Origin: a virus
Length of the DNA: 64,000 nucleotides
Virus record (IMG/VR): IMGVR_UViG_3300025425_000009
Span: 11,658-75,657 of that record
Reading direction: 5' to 3' (one strand)
The position numbers and the translations under genes were made by a program. Below, piece by piece: positions 27,278 to 34,231 of this stretch; positions within the stretch are counted from its first letter, which is position 1, and each line of letters starts with the position of its first letter. The notes under the pieces are model-generated. The model worked only from the letters and a program-made list of their open reading frames with translations. It was not told the DNA's origin and did no database searches.

Positions 27278-27847
27278 ATGCAAACATTCGTACACTCCCC
27301 AGATGTCCACACAATTGTAAAGCAACTAGATAAAAAGAGGTTGTTCAAACAGACAGTAGAAACATTTCAGCTTATGAAAGCCATAGCAGGTCTCTACGCC
27401 AAAAGAGATGATGCAGGCACTGTAATTAAAGATGGGTGGAGCTCACACCCTGCAGCCAATATGTGGCGAGGTCATACCTATGCACTTCTATGTTACCAGG
27501 AGTTGTGTGTTAATGAGTGTATTGCACGAGGCATCAACTATTCAAGCCCTAATGTGTACGAAAAAACCAAAGCTGTATATGACGAGTATTTAACAGGCGG
27601 TGACCTTAACCCTCCAGCTTGGTGGGGTGATGAAAGAGTGCATGGCACACACCGTGCTAACCTACTACGCAAAGACTTAGAAGACAGAGAAAAGCAGTTA
27701 GCAAAAGGCAAAGATCATGTGTTGCAATACCACAGCTTTGGCTGGTCTGAAAAACCGTATAACATTGATGGCACTCAAACTGAGTATATATGGCCAGTAG
27801 ACAAGACTGGGCAAATGTCATTCTACTCTGTTGAACGAAAAAAATAG
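27278..27847 (+). CDS. pyrimidine dimer DNA glycosylase-like protein (DenV/Pyr_excise family)
   Basis: MQTF, LDKKRLFKQ.VE, HPAANMWRGH, PAWWGD..H..HRANLLRKD. Confidence 0.8.
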   Translation: MQTFVHSPDVHTIVKQLDKKRLFKQTVETFQLMKAIAGLYAKRDDAGTVIKDGWSSHPAANMWRGHTYALLCYQELCVNECIARGINYSSPNVYEKTKAVYDEYLTGGDLNPPAWWGDERVHGTHRANLLRKDLEDREKQLAKGKDHVLQYHSFGWSEKPYNIDGTQTEYIWPVDKTGQMSFYSVERKK

Positions 27848-28077
27848 CACTTACAGAGTTGTTAACAGGCCATGTTGTACAATGCTCTAAAATAGGTTAT
27901 AGTTATATAGGTAGAGGGGTAGTTTATTCAAAGGGTCTGCTCCTTTACGTTCGAGTATTTTTTTCAAGCTGACTTTGTGAGCAGTCAGCAACTCTCTAGT
28001 CTTTTGATTTAGAGTTTCATCTTATGCAGTAGTGGGTCATCAATACCAACACGTAGTCCCACTCTCTAGTGGGAACC

Positions 28078-28148
28078 GCCGCTGTAGTTCAATGGTAGAA
28101 CAGCCTTCTTGTAAGGGGCATATGAAGGTTCGATTCCTTCCGGCGGCT
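28078..28148 (+). tRNA. tRNA-Thr(TGT)
   Basis: anticodon loop CTTGTAA. Confidence 0.9.
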
Positions 28149-28149
28149 C

Positions 28150-28620
28150 ATGGAAACAACAAACAACTTAAACGAAGTTATAAAAAAATTACAAGAGCCA
28201 ACCCACTGGTACACAGAGGTGTGGTACTTCGTTATATACACCATTCCTCGTATTAGCAGTGACACTTATCACAGTGTCCGGTATGCATGCCAAAGAGTAA
28301 CACAAGGGTATGACGACAGAATGATGTTTAGTCATTCCTACTTCCATGCTGAGATGATGGTGCGAGTACTAGACGATTTTATTAACAACTCAATAGGCTA
28401 CCCTGGGATGTCGGACGACATTAAATGCAACACTCCAGAGGAGTGGATAAAGACACTAAAGATAATGAGGGCAGGCTTTCAGTCTGTGCTGGACCTAGAA
28501 GATGATCCGTTTTCAACTATGTCATCTGAAGAGTGTTCGGCAAGCCAAGCAGAACTTAGGAAAAGATTCAAACAAGGAATGAAGTTGTATACAACATACT
28601 ATGAGCACCTTTGGGACTAG
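28150..28620 (+). CDS. hypothetical phage protein
   Basis: GYP..W...L..M..GF and C-terminal LWD pattern. Confidence 0.7.
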   Translation: METTNNLNEVIKKLQEPTHWYTEVWYFVIYTIPRISSDTYHSVRYACQRVTQGYDDRMMFSHSYFHAEMMVRVLDDFINNSIGYPGMSDDIKCNTPEEWIKTLKIMRAGFQSVLDLEDDPFSTMSSEECSASQAELRKRFKQGMKLYTTYYEHLWD

Positions 28621-28671
28621 TCAGTAGTGGGTTATGATATTATATCTATAAGCAGAGTAGGTTACCTACAT

Positions 28672-28747
28672 ATGCGCACATGTTCCAAGGATGGCGAGTT
28701 CGGCTCCAAACTGAACTGGGAGGGTTCGATTCCTTCTGCGTATGCCA
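28672..28747 (+). tRNA. tRNA-Trp(CCA)
   Basis: anticodon loop CTCCAAA, CCA encoded; atypical D arm. Confidence 0.82.
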
Positions 28748-28899
28748 TGACAGTCTGCCTGTCTTAGACGGATCTCCTCGCCGTTGAACAGAGTGACAAC
28801 AGCCGTGCCTTCTGTAGGTGCGTCTTCAAAACACTGAGTATAAATCGACAATGGTGTGTAACAGCATCGTTTTTATACACTAACGAATATGACCCACCT

Positions 28900-29874
28900 A
28901 TGCTAATTGGACACACAGATGAAACTTCATACAGCCTTTACCCAAGTCAACACCCATGGGCAAGAGAGCTATACGACCAAGCAGTAGCGAACACGTGGTT
29001 CCCCCACGAAATTCCTTTGAAAGAGGATCTTATTGATTTTGAAAATATGACAGTTGACGAGCGTCATGCAATAGAGTTCATAATGTCTTTCTTCAACCCA
29101 GCAGAACTCATTGTAAACAGAACACTTGCTCTAGGAGTATACCCATACCTTACAGCACCTGAGTGTCATCTGTACCTTGCAAAACAAATGTGGGAAGAAG
29201 CGAACCACTGCGTTTCATTCGAATATGTTCTTGAAACATTTCCGTTTGATCGTGAAAAGATCTATGGCCACCACAACAACGTACCAGAAATGATAGCTAA
29301 AGAAGCTTACCTGAAACGTTATCTAGACCCTGTGATTGGTGACGGAGTTGACATCACCACAGTTGAAGGAAAGCAGGCGTTCATACGTAACCTTGTTGCA
29401 ATCAACATAGTTACAGAAGGTATCTGGTTTTACTCAGGATTCATGGTAATGCTCTCATTCCGTCAGCGAAACAAGCTTCGAAACTTTGGATCAATGATTA
29501 ACTGGGTACTTCGAGATGAAAGTCTTCACCTCAAGTTTGGAATGACACTCATTCTTACAGTGCTTGATGAAAACAAGGACATTGTGACAGACGAGTTTGC
29601 AGAAGAAATTCAAGCAATGATTGTGGAAGGAGTGGAACTTGAAACTGCGTACAACAAGGTACTGTTTCCAAACGGTATTCTAGGACTCAATGCAGACTAT
29701 GTAAACCAGTACGTAAAGTATGTAGCGGATCGTAGATTCGAAGAACTCGGGTTTGAACCACACTACAACGTGACTAACCCTGCAAAGTGGATGACTACCT
29801 CTACAGATGTGTATGAACTAGTTAACTTCTTTGAACAGCAAAATACCTCGTATGAGGTAAACGCTAAGGCGTAA
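28900..29874 (+). CDS. nrdB: Ribonucleotide reductase class I beta subunit
   Basis: W.P.EIPL..D, EEANH, EGIWFYSGF, RDESLH, NFFE. Confidence 0.95.
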   Translation: MLIGHTDETSYSLYPSQHPWARELYDQAVANTWFPHEIPLKEDLIDFENMTVDERHAIEFIMSFFNPAELIVNRTLALGVYPYLTAPECHLYLAKQMWEEANHCVSFEYVLETFPFDREKIYGHHNNVPEMIAKEAYLKRYLDPVIGDGVDITTVEGKQAFIRNLVAINIVTEGIWFYSGFMVMLSFRQRNKLRNFGSMINWVLRDESLHLKFGMTLILTVLDENKDIVTDEFAEEIQAMIVEGVELETAYNKVLFPNGILGLNADYVNQYVKYVADRRFEELGFEPHYNVTNPAKWMTTSTDVYELVNFFEQQNTSYEVNAKA

Positions 29875-29906
29875 CGGTTCACTGGCAACTGACAGGTTGC
29901 CGACAT

Positions 29907-29980
29907 GGAGGCATAGTGTAACGGACAACATGTAGGTCTTCGAAACCTGAGATCCTGGTTCGAATCCAGGTGCCTCCACC
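29907..29980 (+). tRNA. tRNA-Arg(TCG)
   Basis: anticodon loop CTTCGAA. Confidence 0.9.
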
Positions 29981-30025
29981 TGACGTAATGTTATAATAAC
30001 TATCTTAGCAAGTAACTTATTCTAT

Positions 30026-30166
30026 ATGCCAGAAGAACTTACACAGGAACAAATTGAGCAGAACAAGGAGGAATCTCTTAGAAATAGAGCAGCCGCTGAC
30101 AAGCAGGCTGAGGAGTTCGGTCATAACGATCCCAGCACAGACTTTGTTTGTGACAGCTGCCAATAG
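30026..30166 (+). CDS. 46-aa acidic peptide ending CDSCQ (NrdA C-terminal tail-like); absent from the ORF track
   Basis: hand translation; TGTTATAAT promoter at 29989-29997. Confidence 0.75.
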   Translation: MPEELTQEQIEQNKEESLRNRAAADKQAEEFGHNDPSTDFVCDSCQ

Positions 30167-30176
30167 GCAGTTACCT

Positions 30177-30260
30177 GCTAGCATGGCATGAGTGGTCAAT
30201 GGCACTGGGCTGTAAACTCAGCGACTTCGGTCTACGCAGGTTCGAATCCTGCTGCTAGCA
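30177..30260 (+). tRNA. tRNA-Tyr(GTA)
   Basis: anticodon loop CTGTAAA, variable arm. Confidence 0.92.
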
Positions 30261-30266
30261 CAACAT

Positions 30267-30341
30267 GGTGGGTATAGTGTAATGGTCGCACTTCAGATTG
30301 TGATTCTGACAGTTCGGGATCATTCCCCGATTCCCACCCCA
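30267..30341 (+). tRNA. tRNA-His(GTG)
   Basis: G-1, C73, anticodon loop TTGTGAT, CCA encoded. Confidence 0.88.
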
Positions 30342-30342
30342 T

Positions 30343-30414
30343 GGCGCCGTGGTAAAATGGTTAATACGCAGGATTTTCATTCCTGAGTTCGCAGTTCAAT
30401 TCTGCGTGGCGTCA
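30343..30414 (+). tRNA. tRNA-Glu(TTC)
   Basis: anticodon loop TTTTCAT. Confidence 0.88.
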
Positions 30415-30588
30415 CAACATAAGAGCTGAACACATAGGTAATAAAAAAGGCCCAACTCGCTAAGAAGGGCTCTTTGTGTTATCAGAATGTTACCACTACA
30501 ACGCCTACACCAATTAGGAGCATGCATATAGCACCGTAATACATTTCTGAAAAGGTTAACAAGATGATAGAGCAAACACATAATATAA

Positions 30589-30762
30589 CTAATCCAAGTT
30601 CCATGGGTCTCTTCCCTTGGGGATGTTAGTTGTGGCGTCTGCACGGTCTACGTTGACAGTGTCATCTTCGGTGTTGACAAGCTCTGGATAGAGAGTGTCC
30701 TCTTTACTAGTGATGTCTTGTTCAAAACTAGACTTGCGGGGTGTCATATCTTTTATGTCCAT
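30589..30762 (-). CDS. 57-aa acidic hypothetical peptide (absent from the ORF track)
   Basis: MDIKDMTP...PWNLD; TATAAT just upstream on the - strand. Confidence 0.45.
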   Translation of the reverse strand: MDIKDMTPRKSSFEQDITSKEDTLYPELVNTEDDTVNVDRADATTNIPKGRDPWNLD

Positions 30763-31347
30763 ATCATTAGTTATTATATACTAGACACAATGGTATATAA
30801 TAAACATAGGAGAGTACGCTCTTCAGTGCCGACTCAGGTCCGCTACCGAATTGGCAAACAACGTGAGTCTTGAATTGACCCACATAACCTGTAGAAAGGA
30901 GACAATATCTGATTCTTAACTGAATCCCATAAAGAACCATTTGCCGCTGGGTATAGCATTGATGGTTCTTTTTTTTGAGAGAGTTGTTAACAGGTATCAG
31001 TTTACACAATGCCTATCTTTGTTATAATAGGAAAGGAAGCCATGGACATATATGCACTACCAGAGATACAAGACGAAGACGTCAAAGAGCTAATTGAGTC
31101 AGACGTTCACAAAGGTGACTACCACAGTCTAGCGTTACTATGATACCGCGACTAACCTATGCTGAAAGAAAGGCACTCCAACTTGCAAATTGTGCAAGAA
31201 ACAACCACAAAATACTCGGTGGAAAGTGCTTGGAGTGTGACCTTAGATTCATAAAGCCCAAGAAGCAAACAACGACCCTACCTAAGGGTAACTCCTCAGG
31301 AGTCCAGGAGTCTCGTTGAAATACACGAGGCTTCTTTTTTTCTGGTT

Positions 31348-31608
31348 ATGAAAACCAACAACTTATCAATCTATCGTACTATCATGACAAGACAGCAAAC
31401 AATGTGGGCATGGGTGGACAAATCAGACACCAACAGCAAAGGTATCATTTTCGTAGATGAAACAAAACTGGCGGTTAGCAAGATGCGTGCATCAGTAGTT
31501 GCAAAACTGAAAGCAGCTGACACACCAGGTGGAAAAGATACACAGGAGATGAGGACACTTTGTAAATCTTCAGTTATTCAAAAAGTCACAGTAACCTACA
31601 CAACATAA
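31348..31608 (+). CDS. hypothetical protein
   Basis: packed ORF. Confidence 0.55.
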   Translation: MKTNNLSIYRTIMTRQQTMWAWVDKSDTNSKGIIFVDETKLAVSKMRASVVAKLKAADTPGGKDTQEMRTLCKSSVIQKVTVTYTT

Positions 31609-31609
31609 T

Positions 31610-31804
31610 ATGTTCGGATCTATATTGCATGAGTTGTACAAAAGAAAGATATTGCTTGCTTCAGACACACAAACCACGGAAGACAAGGCTTTGCAGATAA
31701 TAGAAGAGCTAACATCGGACAAGCGAGTTGACACACTAGCTGCCATAACCATGGTAGAATCACTTGTTTCGTCCATGCGAGTGCCTCATGGCAGCAACAA
31801 ATAA
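31610..31804 (+). CDS. hypothetical protein
   Basis: packed ORF. Confidence 0.5.
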   Translation: MFGSILHELYKRKILLASDTQTTEDKALQIIEELTSDKRVDTLAAITMVESLVSSMRVPHGSNK

Positions 31805-31830
31805 CAGTTTATACAGTAACTAACCTTTAC

Positions 31831-32217
31831 ATGATTTTCAAAAGAAACAACGACCTAGTGCAGTCCTTAGAAGATACCAAATTGCATGTTATACAACTAC
31901 AGCGCGATATTGCTTCTCTTAGTCATGACCGTGCAATAGAGTTGAAGGACCTTCATGCATCTCATAAACGAGAAGTGGACAGACTAATGTTTGAAGCTGA
32001 GTTTGCAGATAACACTGAAATCAAAGAACTTAGGAAAACCTTTACTGAACTTGACAAGGCTTACGGAATCCTAACCAAGGAAAACGACATGCATAAACAA
32101 ATACTTGAATTAGACGCAGACATCATAGATGTTAAGACTTTGATTTCTGAGCTAATGGCTAAACTCCCTACAGTTAACATTTCAGGTCTGCTTGCTCAAC
32201 CAGCAGATAAGAAATAA
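31831..32217 (+). CDS. coiled-coil hypothetical protein
   Basis: heptad-rich sequence. Confidence 0.6.
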   Translation: MIFKRNNDLVQSLEDTKLHVIQLQRDIASLSHDRAIELKDLHASHKREVDRLMFEAEFADNTEIKELRKTFTELDKAYGILTKENDMHKQILELDADIIDVKTLISELMAKLPTVNISGLLAQPADKK

Positions 32218-32220
32218 CGC

Positions 32221-32640
32221 ATGTCTATGTATTCAGAGGATTGCACACAGTCTGCATGGAGAGCTGCAAGGTCACTTGCAGATCAATACCAAGACTGGGA
32301 AATACGCTCACTCGAAAATACTGGTCTCATGAACCGAGGTGTGGCTGTTGTTAGAGTAATGCTCATAAACAAGATGGCCGACACGCATACCTACTTGACC
32401 ATGTCTACAGGTGTTGCAAGGTGTCTTGAAGAAATGTTGGACCATGAACCTACTGCTTCTTATCAAACTCCTCCATACATGTGCATTGACACCACTGGCT
32501 TGCGTGGAAATGTAGGTATTACTTCCGATGACCACACCCGATTCCACATGACAAGGCAGCCAGTTGACGATACTGTGGATAGATACAAAGCAAGTCTTAG
32601 GAAAGTTACATCATATCGTAACAGCCAGAATAAGTTATAA
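32221..32640 (+). CDS. hypothetical protein
   Basis: packed ORF. Confidence 0.55.
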   Translation: MSMYSEDCTQSAWRAARSLADQYQDWEIRSLENTGLMNRGVAVVRVMLINKMADTHTYLTMSTGVARCLEEMLDHEPTASYQTPPYMCIDTTGLRGNVGITSDDHTRFHMTRQPVDDTVDRYKASLRKVTSYRNSQNKL

Positions 32641-32803
32641 TTATGAAAGACGTGCTAAACTTTTACCTCGATAAAGACGCCCATCTCATTCTGGAAACAG
32701 AGGATGACTTCTTTAGACAAGGTGGTTGCCAGTCTTCCAGAACCTGGGAGCCAGTCGACGAAGATCAAGTTGACAAGAAGGAACCTGAATAAGGTTCCAA
32801 CTT

Positions 32804-32874
32804 GCTCCTGTAGCTCAATGGTAGAGCGTCCGTTTGAAGCACGGAAGACAACAGTTCGATTCTGTTCAAGAGCG
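32804..32874 (+). tRNA. tRNA-Phe(GAA)
   Basis: anticodon loop TTGAAGC; one acceptor-stem mismatch. Confidence 0.8.
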
Positions 32875-32893
32875 CTAATGTTATAATCACACT

Positions 32894-33121
32894 ATGATAA
32901 CAATATACACAACGCCAACATGCAAGTACTCAGACAAAGTCAGAAGGCTGTTGGAGGATGCAGGCAAGGACTACAAGATATGTAACGTGCTCATGGATCC
33001 TGCAGCGAGGGACCACTTAATAGACAAAACAGGTGAGGTGTTTGCACCAACCATAGAAGTAGACGGACAGTTCTTAGTAGGCTTCATTAAGTCAGATGTA
33101 CAACGCATGCTAAATGTGTAA
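32894..33121 (+). CDS. Glutaredoxin/NrdH-like redoxin (CxxS)
   Basis: IYTTPTCKYS, APTIEVDG..LVGF. Confidence 0.88.
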   Translation: MITIYTTPTCKYSDKVRRLLEDAGKDYKICNVLMDPAARDHLIDKTGEVFAPTIEVDGQFLVGFIKSDVQRMLNV

Positions 33122-33176
33122 CCTCATTGTGAGGCAGAACTACATACACGAGTTACACAAGCAATAGTGGCGTAAT

Positions 33177-33220
33177 AAAAAAGGTCTAGACGGTAATAAT
33201 ACTATCTAGATCCTTTTTTT
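33177..33220. terminator. bidirectional terminator between the convergent arms
   Basis: A-run, TCTAGA...TCTAGA hairpin, T-run. Confidence 0.8.
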
Positions 33221-33231
33221 ATCTCTGAGGG

Positions 33232-33747
33232 TTATCCACAGAGTCCTTGTTCATACGGCTTGTGTGACCATCCTCCTCCAAGACCATGCAGTTTTGAAGC
33301 GTTCCAGTCAGCAGTTCCGTATTTGCTCAGAACCCACATTGTGAGTTCTATGTTATCGTTGGCATTGAGTTTCTGGCGTGAATGACCATGGCCCCAATAC
33401 ATACTCGAATAACTTGCCCATGTTGAATCGATATATTGATACACTCCTCCTGCGGAGGATGTGCTGTTTCTTGCATCTGCCTTGAAATTACTTTCTGCAC
33501 ATGCAATATTCAACGCTAGACTTTGATCGACATTATGCTCAATGGCATATAGTCTGACACGGTCGTGATTTGTAAGATCAACATCTAGTGCGTCAGCAAG
33601 TTCTACTATATCCAGCGGCTGCTCTAATAGAGCAAGCATAGATTCGACTTCAAACTTAACCTCAGGTTCATTAGATGCATGGGCTATCAGAGCGATACCC
33701 ATTAAAGTCCATACAATCACTATTGTGAATATTAGTTTGTTGGAAAT
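33232..33747 (-). CDS. secreted lytic transglycosylase (SLT-like); start probably ATT at 33747
   Basis: IACAESNF, SSAGGVYQY..STW, W..S; N-terminal signal peptide. Confidence 0.8.
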   Translation of the reverse strand: MSNKLIFTIVIVWTLMGIALIAHASNEPEVKFEVESMLALLEQPLDIVELADALDVDLTNHDRVRLYAIEHNVDQSLALNIACAESNFKADARNSTSSAGGVYQYIDSTWASYSSMYWGHGHSRQKLNANDNIELTMWVLSKYGTADWNASKLHGLGGGWSHKPYEQGLCG

Positions 33748-33768
33748 ACACTTTGGTAAATGATAATC

Positions 33769-34083
33769 TTATCCGTGTGTCTTGGCTGATATGCCGACGG
33801 AGTTAAACGCTTTAGCGACAGTAGGAATAACAAGTGGCTGTAGGATCATTTTGTATGATGCTACCGCTACTGTTGCAGCAGTCAAAAATGACTGTCCGAA
33901 ATCCTGCCATGAGACGAATTGAAACCCGTCTTGTATCAGAACTGCCACGACTACTGTAATAACTGCTGTACCTGCTCTTCGTGCAGAAGATGCACCAAGC
34001 GCTGGAATTAAAGCAAGAATACCTGACACCACTGCAGCTGCCATTCCGGCTACTTCAGGGGTCAATAGAGATGGTTCAATCAT
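33769..34083 (-). CDS. holin-like membrane protein
   Basis: three hydrophobic segments; located in the lysis cassette. Confidence 0.65.
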   Translation of the reverse strand: MIEPSLLTPEVAGMAAAVVSGILALIPALGASSARRAGTAVITVVVAVLIQDGFQFVSWQDFGQSFLTAATVAVASYKMILQPLVIPTVAKAFNSVGISAKTHG

Positions 34084-34231
34084 AACGTACTTTGTTTAAG
34101 TGAATAATAACACCCATGATTGATTATAACAAACATGAGTGAGATTGACAACAGATGCACAATAGAGGAGCGGTAAGAAAACAAACAAACAACCACTCCT
34201 CTGCTCTGCACCCGTTGCAGGTGCTCCTGTT

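Noticed and set aside
28748-28830. HDV-like theta ribozyme after tRNA-Trp (TCCTCGC seen)
   Set aside because: P3, P1 and the P1.1 GG could not be formed.
30808-30920. THF or glycine riboswitch (GGAGAGTA start)
   Set aside because: The remaining consensus elements are missing, and the next gene has its own promoter.
21374-32886. ORF-track entries overlapping tRNAs or ncRNAs (e.g. 21447, 24605, 25460, 28032, 32704) and the 26596 start
   Set aside because: They are translations of RNA genes.
33231-33241. DnaA box TTATCCACA as an origin
   Set aside because: It is a single copy that coincides with the last codons of the transglycosylase gene.
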